Notes under the pieces: model-generated
Databases searched by the model: none
What the model was told of the DNA's origin: nothing
Seen by the model: only the letters and a program-made list of their open reading frames with translations
Translations under genes and position numbers: made by a program
Shown here: positions 42,786-53,741 of the stretch, piece by piece
Position numbering within the stretch: position 1 is the stretch's first letter
How the letters are laid out: the number at the start of each line of letters is the position of its first letter
DNA from: an uncultured Hormoscilla sp.
GTDB lineage: Bacteria; Cyanobacteriota; Cyanobacteriia; Cyanobacteriales; Desertifilaceae
Length of the DNA: 64,000 bases
Direction of reading: 5' to 3'
NCBI GenBank assembly: GCA_963921275.4
Contig: OZ001293.3
Span: 1,216,001 to 1,280,000 of the forward strand

Positions 42786-44081
42786 CTAAATGCTCAAGCG
42801 CTGATAAATTTCATCCAAATGCCGCAAATGTTGTTGCGGGTCGAAACACCGATCGATTTCCGTTTGTGACAACATCTGTGTCACGGTAGGATCTTGACTA
42901 ATCAACTGCTGAAAATTACCATCAGGTACATTCCAAGCTGTATGGGCACAAGATTGCACAATTTTGTAGGCTGCTTCGCGATTCATGCCTTTTTCTACCA
43001 GTACCAGTAATACCCGCTGACTGAAGACAACCCCGCCATAGAGATTCATATTCCGCTTCATGTTCTCTGGGTAAACTAGGAGATTTTTCACCAAGTCAAC
43101 GCTCTCACAAAGCATGAAATGAGTTAAAATGCAAGAGTCGGGCAGAATTACCCGTTCTACGGAACTGTGGGAAATATCCCGTTCGTGCCAGAGGGCAACA
43201 TTTTCTAAGGCAGCAACGGTATGTCCCCGAATAATTCTCGCCATTCCCGTGATTCTTTCCGAACGAATAGGGTTACGCTTGTGGGGCATGGCCGAGGAAC
43301 CTTTTTGTCCTTTGGCAAAATATTCTTCCACTTCTAACACATCCGTGCGTTGCAGGTTTCTAATTTCCACCGCAAAGCGTTCCATAGAAGCAGCTACCAG
43401 TGCTAGGGTTTGCACGAATTCCGCGTGCCGATCGCGCGAGATCACCTGAGTCGAAGCGCAGTCGGGTTGGAGTCCCAGGTTCTGGCAGACGATCGCCTCA
43501 ATTTTGGGGTCAATATTAGCATAGGTTCCCACCGCACCAGAGATTTTGCCCACCGCAATTTGAGTTTGCAGGCGACAGAGGCGATCGCGCTGTCGCAGAA
43601 CTTCTGCCAACCAACCCGCCAGCTTAAACCCAAAAGAGATCGGTTCCGCGTGAATGCCGTGCGATCGACCAATCATCACCGTATAGCGATGTTGTTGAGC
43701 CTGATAGCGAATAGCTTGAATTAACTTTTCCAACTGTCCGAGCAAAACATCAAGACTCGCAACCAATTGGAGAGCCAGGGCCGTATCCAGCACATCCGAA
43801 CTGGTTAACCCCAAATGAATATAACGTCCCGCATCGCCCACATACTCATTCACATTTGTCAAGAAAGCGATGACATCGTGGCGGACTTCCGCCTCAATTT
43901 CCAGGACCCGCTGGGGGTCAAAGTTAGCCTTTGCCTTAATTTCTGCCAAGGCGTCAGTTGGGATATAACCCAACTCCGCTTGGGCCTCACAGACAGCAAT
44001 TTCCACTTGCAGCCAGGTTTTCAGCTTATAAGCATCTGTCCACAGTTCGCCCATTTCGGGCTTAGTATAGCGTTCGATCAC
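42786..44081 (-). CDS. purB: Adenylosuccinate lyase
   Basis: IERY, HDV, TSSD, GRSHG, GSSAMPHKRNP. Confidence 0.98.
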   Translation of the reverse strand: MIERYTKPEMGELWTDAYKLKTWLQVEIAVCEAQAELGYIPTDALAEIKAKANFDPQRVLEIEAEVRHDVIAFLTNVNEYVGDAGRYIHLGLTSSDVLDTALALQLVASLDVLLGQLEKLIQAIRYQAQQHRYTVMIGRSHGIHAEPISFGFKLAGWLAEVLRQRDRLCRLQTQIAVGKISGAVGTYANIDPKIEAIVCQNLGLQPDCASTQVISRDRHAEFVQTLALVAASMERFAVEIRNLQRTDVLEVEEYFAKGQKGSSAMPHKRNPIRSERITGMARIIRGHTVAALENVALWHERDISHSSVERVILPDSCILTHFMLCESVDLVKNLLVYPENMKRNMNLYGGVVFSQRVLLVLVEKGMNREAAYKIVQSCAHTAWNVPDGNFQQLISQDPTVTQMLSQTEIDRCFDPQQHLRHLDEIYQRLSI

Positions 44082-44191
44082 AGTCAATGTCGCAGAATAC
44101 AACCTTCATATTGTAGCGCCTCCCTGGTCGATTGGCGCGATCGCGATGGTGGTATAATAAAGAAAGTCAACTCAAGCATGTCAAGATGGCC

Positions 44192-44767
44192 ATGAACACC
44201 GCAGAACTATTGCAGCAGGTTAAATATATCCTGGATGACCGGGGAAATCAGACTGCCGTACAGATGGATATCGAACTTTGGCAAAAACTACAGCCCCTTT
44301 TGAAAAGCTTATCAGCTCATGAGGAAATTCAGCCACTACGGAAAAATCTCGATGAAATTATCCCTTGGGAAGAGTTTCAGCAGGAGTTAGCAGCTCTAGG
44401 TTTTCCCACCACCTATAACTGTCTGGAAGATTTCATCAGCGCTATCAAAGAATCTTTTGCCCGTGGGGGTTTGCATATAGCAAGGCGGTTGGCTTACCGA
44501 GGAGTTGAACTCTACCCTGACCACGAAATCCTCAAGAAATACGCTCACATTCTCGCACCGCCAGTGGTGAAAGTCGTTCCCAGTTCTCCAGAAGAACGTC
44601 AAAGTCTTCGAGCCGATCGGGAGTGGTACGATAAAAATCGGCTGAAATATATGGGTCGATGGGTAGCACTGCGTAGTGGCGAGTTACTAGCTGATGCCGC
44701 TTCTTTTGATGAATTAATTGCTCAGGTCGGCGATCCGAAGGGTCTTTATCTTACAAAGGTTTACTAA
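44192..44767 (+). CDS. Protein with C-terminal DUF5678-like domain, copy 1
   Basis: KYMGRWVALRSGELLADAASFDEL; N-terminal YILDDRGNQTAVQMD antitoxin-like motif. Confidence 0.7.
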   Translation: MNTAELLQQVKYILDDRGNQTAVQMDIELWQKLQPLLKSLSAHEEIQPLRKNLDEIIPWEEFQQELAALGFPTTYNCLEDFISAIKESFARGGLHIARRLAYRGVELYPDHEILKKYAHILAPPVVKVVPSSPEERQSLRADREWYDKNRLKYMGRWVALRSGELLADAASFDELIAQVGDPKGLYLTKVY

Positions 44768-45234
44768 TGTTACTCTTTTTTAAGAATGGTGATGATTTTG
44801 CAACAGGTGCTGCACGTTACAAGTATCGCCCAGCAACTGAAGGTGATAAAACAAATCGCATGATTTTGCGAGTGGAAGTTGTTGGTACTAGGATAGATGC
44901 TGTGGTTGACACCGGTGCGCCTTATGCGATCTTGCCACCACAAACTGCCCGACTTGCGGGGTTTAGTCCGGAATTTGCTCTCAGGAGGGAAAGAATGCTG
45001 ATTAGAGGGATGCGCTTAGATGGGAGTATAACTCGGTTCAATATGAAGCTGTTGGCAGATGTTGGCGAACACTTGGAGTTACAGGCGACAGTTTTTGTGC
45101 CGGATGTTGAGGAGTTTTGGGGAAATTTTCCTGCTTTCATCGGGTTGACTGGTTTCTTAGAAAGAATCCGTTTTGCGATCGATCCATTGAACAATACTTT
45201 TTACTTCGGTTCGATGGCCTTAACGGAGCTTTAG
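44767..45234 (+). CDS. Clan AA (retropepsin-like) aspartic protease, copy 1
   Basis: AVVDTGA catalytic motif; FIGLTGFL; stop/start coupled (TAATG). Confidence 0.8.
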   Translation: MLLFFKNGDDFATGAARYKYRPATEGDKTNRMILRVEVVGTRIDAVVDTGAPYAILPPQTARLAGFSPEFALRRERMLIRGMRLDGSITRFNMKLLADVGEHLELQATVFVPDVEEFWGNFPAFIGLTGFLERIRFAIDPLNNTFYFGSMALTEL

Positions 45235-45364
45235 TTCTTCCCAAGTAAGAATAGGTGGGCACCGCTGCCCACCATTCTGGGCCATTGAAGATTGGCGATC
45301 GCCATTGCCTGGTACCGATCGTGCTATAATAACAGAAATTCAACTCAAGCATGTCAAGATAACT

Positions 45365-45950
45365 ATGAACACCAAAGAGCTATTGCAGCAGGTTAAATAT
45401 ATCCTGGATGACCGGGGAAATCAGACTGCCGTACAAATGGATCTGGAACTTTGGCAAAAACTACAGCCCCTTTTGAAAAGCTTATCAGCTCATGAGGAAA
45501 TTCAGCCACTGCGGAAAAACGCGGAAAAACTTCGATGAAATTATCCCTTGGGAAGAGTTTCAGCAGGAGTTAGCAGCAAGAGGTTTCCCCACCACCTACA
45601 ACTGTCCGGAAGATTTCATCAGCGCTATCAAAGAATCTTTGGCCCGTGGGGGTTTGCATATAGGGCGGCGGTTGGCATTCCGAGGAGTTGAACTCTACCC
45701 CGACCACGAAATCCTCAACAAGTATGCTCGCATTCTAGCACCGCCAGTGGTAAAAGTCAGTCCCAGTTCTCCAGAACGTCGTCAAAATTTCTTAGCAAAT
45801 CACGAGTGGCTGAAAAAAAATCGGCTGAAATATCGGGGTCGATGGATAGCACTTCGCAATGGTAAGTTACTAGTAAATGCGGCTGACGTTGATGAATTGG
45901 TAGCTCAGGTTGGGGACTTGAAGGGTATATTTTTTACGAGAGTTGTTTGA
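45365..45950 (+). pseudogene. DUF5678-like protein, copy 2, frameshifted
   Basis: 10-bp duplication GCGGAAAAAC at ~45511-45530 splits the frame. Confidence 0.8.
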
Positions 45951-46414
45951 TGGTACTGTTTTTTGATGATGGTAAGACTTTTGCTACGGGTGCTTGTCCT
46001 TACGAGTACATTCGGGCTACCGAAGGTGACACCAATCGAATTTTTCTGGCAGTGGAAGTTGCTGGTTATCCCATAGAAGCCATTGTTGATACGGGTGATC
46101 CCTATGTAATCTTAGCACCGCGAGTTGCCAGGGCTATAGGTTTCCAGCCCGCTGATGCTCTGGAAAGACTGACTATGTTGATTAGAGGGATGCGCTTAGA
46201 TGGGAGTATAACTCGGTTCAATATGACGCTGATAGCTAAAAGGGGTGAGAACTTGGATTTACAGGCTACAGTCTTTGTGCCGGATGCTGAAGAATTATGG
46301 GGCGATTTTCCTTCTTTCATCGGATTGAGTGGTTTCTTAGAAAGAATCCGTTTTGCGATCGATCCATTGACTGATACCTTTTACTTCGGTTCGATGGCCT
46401 TAACGGAGCTTTAG
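45950..46414 (+). CDS. Retropepsin-like aspartic protease, copy 2
   Basis: AIVDTGD motif; C-terminus near-identical to copy 1. Confidence 0.78.
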   Translation: MVLFFDDGKTFATGACPYEYIRATEGDTNRIFLAVEVAGYPIEAIVDTGDPYVILAPRVARAIGFQPADALERLTMLIRGMRLDGSITRFNMTLIAKRGENLDLQATVFVPDAEELWGDFPSFIGLSGFLERIRFAIDPLTDTFYFGSMALTEL

Positions 46415-46542
46415 TTCTCCCCAAGTAAGAATAGGTAGGCACACCGCCCACCATACTGGGCTATTGATTTTTGGCGATCGCATTGCCTGGTGCTGATCAT
46501 GGTATAATAACAGAAAGTCAACTCAAGCATGTCAAGATGGCC

Positions 46543-46602
46543 ATGAACACCAAAGAGCTATTGCAGCAGGTTCAATATATCGTGGATGCCGAGGGAAATC
46601 AG
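46543..46602 (+). pseudogene. Start of a third DUF5678 unit, truncated
   Basis: MNTKELLQQVQYIVDAEGNQ with the same upstream promoter-like block. Confidence 0.75.
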
Positions 46603-46802
46603 GTAATGGTTCCCACTGTGATATTGCGGGTCTGACTGGCTTCCGTTGCTAGCCAGACTCGCTCAAGATTTGGATCTGAAATGGTATTGCCATTCTCCAG
46701 ATCGAAGAAGGTCATTGCTGCGGCCTCTGGAGCCAGTCCTACTGTGCCCAAAACTACAGAACCTAAAACCAATGCGCCGGTGATTACTTGTGTTGCTTTC
46801 AT
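46599..46802 (-). pseudogene. N-terminal fragment of a secreted protein (PEP-CTERM-like signal)
   Basis: MKATQVITGALVLG...APEAAA signal peptide; cut at the junction with unit 3. Confidence 0.5.
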
Positions 46803-47103
46803 TTGTTTTCTCCGTAGAGCTGTTGTTTTCCTTGCTTAATTTGATTCTAGGCAGGCAATATCTGCATTGGTTTAAAGCTAGTGTAAAGTTATGCTCTTGG
46901 TATATAAAGTTTCTGTAAAGTACAGGGAATCGCAACAGCCCGATGGGTATTCCATAAGCTGTAATCCTATTATCATCACAAGGATTATAGCTCTATATTC
47001 GCAAAATTATTTAGTTATTGTTTGAGTATTTAAATTACTGCATCCTGTCAATTGTACGGTACTGAATCGCTTCGGCTACTTACTTAATATTTAAGTATTT
47101 AAC

Positions 47104-48639
47104 TTATTGCATCCTGTCAATTGTACGGTACTGAATCGCTTCGGCTACATGCTGGGCTTGCAACTGCTGTTCGCCAGCAAGGTCGGCGATGGTACGGGCT
47201 ACTTTGAGAATGCGATCGGTGGCCCGGGCGGAGAGGCCCAGTCTTCTAATCGCCGTTTCTAACAAATTGCGGATAGAGTCATCCAGGGGGCACCATTCTC
47301 GCAGGTGATGACTCTGCATGTCCGCGTTGCAACGCACGGACAGGTCCTGACGGAAGCGTTGTTGAGCCCGTTCCCTGGCTGCTTGCACCCGGACGCGCAC
47401 CGGTGCCGACTCTTCTCCAGTTGCTTGTCTGGTAATCTCTTCTGGTTTCAGACGATTTACTGCTACCTGCAAGTCAATTCGGTCCATCAAGGGTCCCGAA
47501 AGCTTGGCCCAGTATTGCTCTCGCTATCTACCAGAACAAGTGCAAGGTTGAATATTATCGCCATAGTAGCCGCAAGGACAAGGATTAGTGCTGGCAACCA
47601 GGGTAAACTTAGCTGGAAAGCTGACAGTTTGGCGGGCGCGGGAAATGGTGACCGTACCATCTTCCAAAGGTTGACGCAGGAACTCCAGCACGTCACGCTT
47701 AAATTCTGTTAACTCATCCAGGAACAACACGCCACAGTGGGCCAGAGAGATCTCTCCGGGACGTGGATAGCTGCCACCTCCCACCAGGGAAGCGCCAGAA
47801 GCAGAGTGATGGGGACTGCGAAAGGGGCGCGAGGTCACTAGAGATCCTTTATTATGCTTGAGTAACCCCGCCACCGAGTGGATCTGAGTTACCTCCAAAG
47901 CTTCTGCAAAGGCCAATGGCGGTAGAATTCCTGGTAGGCGTCGCGCTAACATGGTTTTACCGCTACCAGGCGGTCCGACAAAGATGAGATTATGTCCTCC
48001 AGCAGCCGCTATTTCCAGGGCCCGACGGGCATGAGCTTGTCCTTTCACATCTCTAAGATCGGCTACATTTAAGTCAGAACTGCCCAATTCTTCCATGCCA
48101 TCCAGTTCTAGGGGCTGATAAAGTTGGGGACGATCCAGAAAATCAGCCACCTCTGACAGATGGCTTCGGCCATAGACCTTTAAGCCTCGTACCACAGCCG
48201 CTTCCCGAGCATTATCCGCTGGCACAACCATCCCCACAATACCCAGCTTTTCCGCTGCCGCCGCAATGGGAAGTACGCCAGCTACAGGACGCAGACTCCC
48301 ATCCAAGGAGACTTCCCCTAAAAAGAGATAATCTTCCAGTAGGTGAGGGCTCACTTGCTCAGAACCGGCCAGAATGCCAATACTAATGGGTAAATCAAAA
48401 CTGGGACCTTCCTTGCGCAAGTCAGCAGGAGTCAAGTTAATCACGATCTTGCCCGTCGGAAAAGCATAACCAGCATTTTTCAGCGTTGCCTTTACCCGTT
48501 CCTTGGACTCTTGCACCGCTGCATCTGGCAAACCTACCATCACTGTTCCGGGCAAACCACCCGATACATTTACTTCTACTCCGACCTTCACGGCGTCGAT
48601 GCCCACGATCGATGCACTCCAAACTCGCACCAGCATCAC
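47104..48639 (-). pseudogene. comM: YifB/ComM Mg-chelatase-like AAA+ ATPase with internal stop
   Basis: [26 protein letters not shown]; in-frame TAG at 47524 then REQYWAKLSGPLMDRID. Confidence 0.9.
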
Positions 48640-49330
48640 GTTTGCTCCTTATGTTGATGGTTCTTTGCTAGCAATGCTCATACTTACCAATATACTGGTG
48701 ACTGGTGACTGACAACCGTGCCGCGTTTTTAGGGTGGAATGGCCATCAGGTTGGTGGGCGGTGCCTACGAGGCCCCCCTGGCGCATTTGCAGGGCGATCG
48801 CACTTCCTGTTAAAATCAACTCCCGTTCCCAAAAAGGCGCCAAAGCGAATGTCCGAGAATTCAGACTCTGGCGATCGCATCTGGTGCATCTGCCACTCTA
48901 CGGAACAGAACTATCAATCCCCCTATGGGGACCTGCTGGGTTAAAATAAAAAGGTGACTCCCGACTGCTATGGGGAGTATGGGCGATCGCATTACATCGC
49001 TCCGGCGCGATCGCCCGCTAGCACCTATGAGATACATTGCAAAATATACTCACCTTTTGAGCATTCTTAATAAAACTATAAAAATTTCTATTTTAGTCTT
49101 ATATTGACTATATATGTACTTATATGTGATATTGCAGGGGATTTGGGTGGGATTTAGGTGGGATATAGGTGGGGGCAGTATTTGAGATGTTTCGTTTTTG
49201 TTTTTCTACTGTTGTGAAGACAATCGCTGTATATGAAGCAAAAATATTTATTTACAAACTTGACATGCTCCCGATCGGAGTTGGGTGCAAGTGATGATAC
49301 GATCTTGTAGAAGCTGCCTGCACGAACAAC

Positions 49331-49681
49331 ATGAGCGAAACCAACGATACCATCTTTGGTAAGATTATCCGCCGGGATCTCCCAGCCGATATTGTTTATG
49401 AAGATGACCTGGCTCTGGCCTTCAAAGATATTAATCCCCAAGCGCCGGTTCATATTCTGGTGATTCCTAAAGAACCCATACCCAAGCTTGCTGATGCCGA
49501 AGACCAACATCAGGCCCTGATGGGACATCTATTGTTAACAGTGAAGCGGGTGGCAGAACAAGCGGGCTTAACTAATGGTTATCGGGTGGCGATCAATAAT
49601 GGTGCCGACGGCGGTCAGACCGTATACCACCTACACTTACATATTCTGGGCGGGCGAGAGATGGAATGGCCTCCGGGCTGA
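49331..49681 (+). CDS. Histidine triad nucleotide-binding protein
   Basis: DINPQAPVH, GQTVYHLHLH. Confidence 0.95.
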   Translation: MSETNDTIFGKIIRRDLPADIVYEDDLALAFKDINPQAPVHILVIPKEPIPKLADAEDQHQALMGHLLLTVKRVAEQAGLTNGYRVAINNGADGGQTVYHLHLHILGGREMEWPPG

Positions 49682-49825
49682 GAGATAACCTCAGGTTTGA
49701 TGAGGTATAAGCAGAAATAAACCAAGAGGGGTTTACAAAACGCAATAAAGTTAGTTATGCTGTATTTGGGTAGGGAAAACAACCTGCCAAACGTACCTCG
49801 AAAAACAAATAGCAATCATCTAAAC

Positions 49826-50908
49826 ATGACTACGACCTTACAACAGCGTGAAAACGCTAACGTTTGGGAACGGTTCTGCAACTGGGTGACCAGCACTGAC
49901 AACCGCCTGTATGTGGGCTGGTTCGGCGTCCTGATGATCCCCACCCTGCTGACCGCCACCACCTGCTACATTATCGCTTTCATCGCTGCTCCTCCGGTGG
50001 ACATTGATGGTATCCGGGAACCGGTCGCAGGTTCTCTGCTGTACGGTAACAACATCATCTCTGGTGCGGTTGTGCCCAGCTCCAATGCGATCGGGCTGCA
50101 CTTCTATCCCATCTGGGAAGCAGCATCCTTGGATGAGTGGCTGTACAACGGTGGTCCTTACCAGCTGATCGTCTTCCACTTCTTCATTGGCATCTGCTGC
50201 TACATGGGTCGTCAGTGGGAACTCTCCTACCGCTTAGGAATGCGTCCTTGGATCTGTGTTGCATATAGCGCCCCAGTGAGTGCCGCTACCGCCGTGTTCC
50301 TGATCTACCCGATCGGACAAGGTTCCTTCTCTGATGGTATGCCTTTAGGGATCTCTGGTACATTCAACTTCATGTTTGTGTTCCAAGCTGAGCACAACAT
50401 CCTCATGCACCCCTTCCATATGCTGGGTGTAGCTGGCGTGTTCGGCGGAGCGCTGTTCTCCGCCATGCATGGTTCTCTGGTGACTTCTTCTCTGGTGCGT
50501 GAAACCACAGAAGTAGAATCTCAAAACTACGGTTACAAGTTCGGTCAAGAAGAAGAAACCTACAACATCGTAGCAGCTCACGGCTACTTCGGTCGTTTGA
50601 TCTTCCAATACGCTTCTTTCAACAACAGCCGTTCCTTGCACTTCTTCTTGGGTGCCTGGCCGGTGATCGGTATCTGGTTCACAGCCCTGGGCGTGAGCAC
50701 GATGGCCTTCAACCTGAACGGTTTCAACTTCAACCAGTCCATCATCGACTCACAAGGTCGCGTGATCGGCACCTGGGCAGATGTTCTGAACCGTGCTAAC
50801 CTGGGGATGGAAGTAATGCACGAGCGGAATGCTCATAACTTCCCCTTAGACTTGGCATCCGGTGAAGCTACTCCTGTTGCTTTGACCGCTCCCGCTATCA
50901 ATGGCTAA
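49826..50908 (+). CDS. psbA: Photosystem II D1 protein (360 aa, Q130 form)
   Basis: MTTTLQQRE...[20 protein letters not shown]. Confidence 0.99.
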   Translation: MTTTLQQRENANVWERFCNWVTSTDNRLYVGWFGVLMIPTLLTATTCYIIAFIAAPPVDIDGIREPVAGSLLYGNNIISGAVVPSSNAIGLHFYPIWEAASLDEWLYNGGPYQLIVFHFFIGICCYMGRQWELSYRLGMRPWICVAYSAPVSAATAVFLIYPIGQGSFSDGMPLGISGTFNFMFVFQAEHNILMHPFHMLGVAGVFGGALFSAMHGSLVTSSLVRETTEVESQNYGYKFGQEEETYNIVAAHGYFGRLIFQYASFNNSRSLHFFLGAWPVIGIWFTALGVSTMAFNLNGFNFNQSIIDSQGRVIGTWADVLNRANLGMEVMHERNAHNFPLDLASGEATPVALTAPAING

Positions 50909-50925
50909 TTATTAGCTAAAAAAAC

Positions 50926-50965
50926 AAAAAGCGCTCTCCTTTGGTGGGGGGCGCTTTTTGTTTTT
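50926..50965 (+). terminator. psbA terminator
   Basis: AAAAAGCGCTCTCC..GGGGGCGCTTTTT hairpin with T-tail. Confidence 0.85.
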
Positions 50966-51065
50966 ATTACTTTTGAGAAACCGGGTTTCTGGGTGTTCCG
51001 TCCCTTTATGCCTATCTACTTACAGATGTTATCTAGGTGACAGTAAGGATAAGACATCGCTGTAG

Positions 51066-51181
51066 TGAAAGACTAAAGTCTTTACTACGAACTTTGAAAG
51101 ACTAAAGTCTTTACTACGAACGGTGAAAGACTAAAGTCTTTACTACGAACTTTGAAAGACTAAGGTCTTTACTACGAACGG
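51066..51181. repeat. Tandem repeat, 4 x 29 bp, with AAAGAC-TAAA-GTCTTT hairpin
   Basis: TGAAAGACTAAAGTCTTTACTACGAAC(TT/GG) starting at 51066, 51095, 51124 and 51153. Confidence 0.92.
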
Positions 51182-51215
51182 TATGTCTACCTACTTACTC
51201 CCTTTCTCCCTCATT

Positions 51216-51704
51216 TTACGTTGATATCGCCCTCTCTGCCAGCAATTGAGTTAGGTCTATGCCTTTCCAATCTTCGATCAGTTCACAAATAACTTCTGGG
51301 GTAGTAAAGTTACCTGTAAAGTTCTCAAATTTTCGATTATCAATATTCAGGAAAAAACCCAATATGCTACAATGGTCTTTGACCCCGAAACCAAGTTGGC
51401 AATCTACTCTCCAATTGTCCGCAGTGGTTGCGTATTCATAAACTGCCTGATATGCTGCTGCGGTTGGCGCAGCATAGTGTTCGGTAAAACGCCGTAACTC
51501 TGTAGGAGATAGTTCGCAAAAAAGCTCGATCGCCTGAAAGGGAAGATTAGTGGGTTGATACTTGTAGTCAACCAGAGATTTGCAAATGTCTAAGAGGATG
51601 TTTTTAAAGTAGCTACTTTCCAAACATCCTCTTAGATGTGACCATCTTATACTGGCAGATGGATCCTTGGGCTGAGTTTGGTTGGGTTCTGAGTTGTAAG
51701 ACAA
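51216..51704 (-). CDS. Hypothetical protein
   Basis: 162-aa ORF; start uncertain. Confidence 0.55.
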   Translation of the reverse strand: MSYNSEPNQTQPKDPSASIRWSHLRGCLESSYFKNILLDICKSLVDYKYQPTNLPFQAIELFCELSPTELRRFTEHYAAPTAAAYQAVYEYATTADNWRVDCQLGFGVKDHCSILGFFLNIDNRKFENFTGNFTTPEVICELIEDWKGIDLTQLLAERAIST

Positions 51705-52104
51705 ACTGGTTGGTTATGCTAATTCTTGCTGTGACGCGATAATTTTAAACCAAAGTCCTGGAGCTTATTTAAATCTTGTCCAGTCAGGAGTAGGTTATTT
51801 GTAGCTTCCAGGCTTTGCTTAGGAAAAAAACACTCCCGCAGGCTTTGCCAATTGAAATTGCATATTCGGTAATTAAGCACGTTACAAGGCTCCCGCCTTG
51901 TAACGAGGGTGAAACCCTCTGGCACTCTGCATGACTTGGACTTGAAAAATCACTACGAATCACGAACCGCGTAGCGTTGCGAGGTACTGTAGCAGCATAT
52001 TGCTTCGTGCCTCGCAACAAGCTCCGGAGCGCTAGCAATCTCGAACTACGAACTACTGCTCTTGCAAAACTATGGTATCAATACTACCATTAATTACTAC
52101 TTCT

Positions 52105-52728
52105 TCATCTTAATTGACTGAGGCGTTTAAGAATGCTCAGAACCCGATACAAATCATTCCCGGGGTTGCGCAGGTAAAATTCAGCAGATGTGGCGTATCG
52201 TGGGGCTTCGCCTTTGACTAATTTGATGAAAATAAAGGTGCCACCAGTGGTTATCATGCCAAAGCACGGTTTCTCTCGATCGGGGTTGGCCAGCATATAA
52301 GCTAGAATTTGTGGGAGTCCAGCTTCTATGGAGAAGCTAGCCCGTTTAGATTCGATTACCATTACCCACAATTGCTCTTGCAAAACAAGGGTATCAATTC
52401 TACCCTTGATCACTACTTCTTCATCTAACTCGGAAATCTCTACAGCATTTTCCGCTTTGAAGTGAAAAGGTGAAAGATAAAATTCTCCGATAAAAAGCAG
52501 GGGTGATCCGATCGTCATATTTACTGGCTTTTCTAGCAAGGGAGGGGAATAGAGTAAATTAAAATAACCAGACTTTACTCGATCTAACATTTGCTTTTGC
52601 AAGTCTGTAATTTCTGGCAAGTTGTATTGCCACTCGCCAAAAAAATTTTCATATTCAACAAGCTGTAGATGAAATCTATTATCTAAATATGCTAGAGTAA
52701 TGTCTTTAGCTGGGAGATTTGCTACCAT
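52105..52728 (-). CDS. Restriction endonuclease-like (HsdR N-terminal type) PD-(D/E)XK protein
   Basis: GRIDTLVL..VIESK..QILAYM..GMITTG. Confidence 0.78.
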   Translation of the reverse strand: MVANLPAKDITLAYLDNRFHLQLVEYENFFGEWQYNLPEITDLQKQMLDRVKSGYFNLLYSPPLLEKPVNMTIGSPLLFIGEFYLSPFHFKAENAVEISELDEEVVIKGRIDTLVLQEQLWVMVIESKRASFSIEAGLPQILAYMLANPDREKPCFGMITTGGTFIFIKLVKGEAPRYATSAEFYLRNPGNDLYRVLSILKRLSQLR

Positions 52729-52952
52729 TTGTGAATTGTCAGATGCTATCAATCAGTAGTACGATGGTACAATCAGATTCCCCGATCGGGAAGGGTGCAT
52801 CGAAAAGTTAGCTGCGGCCATATTCACTCTTTTGCCCAGAAACCAGGTAATTCCGGCAAAACCTGGTTTCTTAATTCCAAATTGAGATGCTCCCGAAGGG
52901 ACCATCCGCAGTTTAAGATCGGGATGGAACTCTACCCTGGAGGACTACAACC

Positions 52953-53549
52953 GTTTACACTCAACCTTTAGCTCGCCTGATCGAGCAATTACAGCGCTTA
53001 CCTGGAGTTGGGCCTAAAACAGCTCAACGACTGGCTTTACATATCCTGAAGCGACCCGAAGCCGAGGTGCAAGCCTTAGCCCAAGCCTTAGTCGAGGCCA
53101 AAAAACAAGTCGGTCTTTGTCAGGTATGCTTTCACCTCTCCGCCGAACCCACCTGCGAAATTTGCCGCAACCAGAACCGCGACAAAAATACCATTTGCGT
53201 GGTGGCGGACTCCCGGGACGTGATCGCCCTAGAAAAAACGCGGGAATATCGCGGTCAGTATCACGTGTTGGGCGGGATGATTTCTCCGATGGATGGCATT
53301 GGTCCAGAACAGCTGACCATTCAAGCCTTAGTGCGGCGGGCCAGTCAGCCACATATTCAAGAAGTGATTTTGGCTATCAACCCCAGCGTTGAAGGTGAAA
53401 CTACTACCCTCTATATCGGTCAACTGATCAAGCCGTTTACGAAAGTCACCCGCATCGCCTTTGGTTTACCGATGGGGGGCGATTTAGAGTACGCTGATGA
53501 AGTTACTTTAGCACGAGCTTTGGCAGGACGCCGCGCACTGGATGATTAA
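52953..53549 (+). CDS. recR: Recombination mediator RecR
   Basis: [28 protein letters not shown]4 Zn finger, TOPRIM region ([13 protein letters not shown]). Frame begins at GTT 52953. Confidence 0.95.
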   Translation, partial: VYTQPLARLIEQLQRLPGVGPKTAQRLALHILKRPEAEVQALAQALVEAKKQVGLCQVCFHLSAEPTCEICRNQNRDKNTICVVADSRDVIALEKTREYRGQYHVLGGMISPMDGIGPEQLTIQALVRRASQPHIQEVILAINPSVEGETTTLYIGQLIKPFTKVTRIAFGLPMGGDLEYADEVTLARALAGRRALDD

Positions 53550-53741
53550 GCTGACTCTCGGGAAGTTTCCCCTGTACAGAAGATATCTCAAATGGGAGCA
53601 TCTCAATGCATGCATTGAGATGCTCCCGTTTAATATCGCGTGAGTTCGATGGTATCGAGCACTAAAACCCTTTTGGAACTTCATGATTTAAACCGTGACA
53701 AAGTTCACCTACACTAATTTTATATTACCTGTGTGGGTACT

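Noticed and set aside
49757..49825. N-terminal extension of D1, or an atypical D1
   Set aside because: The canonical start MTTTLQ at 49826 gives a standard 360-aa D1 with a normal C-terminal ligand region.
51066..51181. Possible CRISPR array (29-bp hairpin repeats)
   Set aside because: No spacers; it is a tandem REP-like unit.
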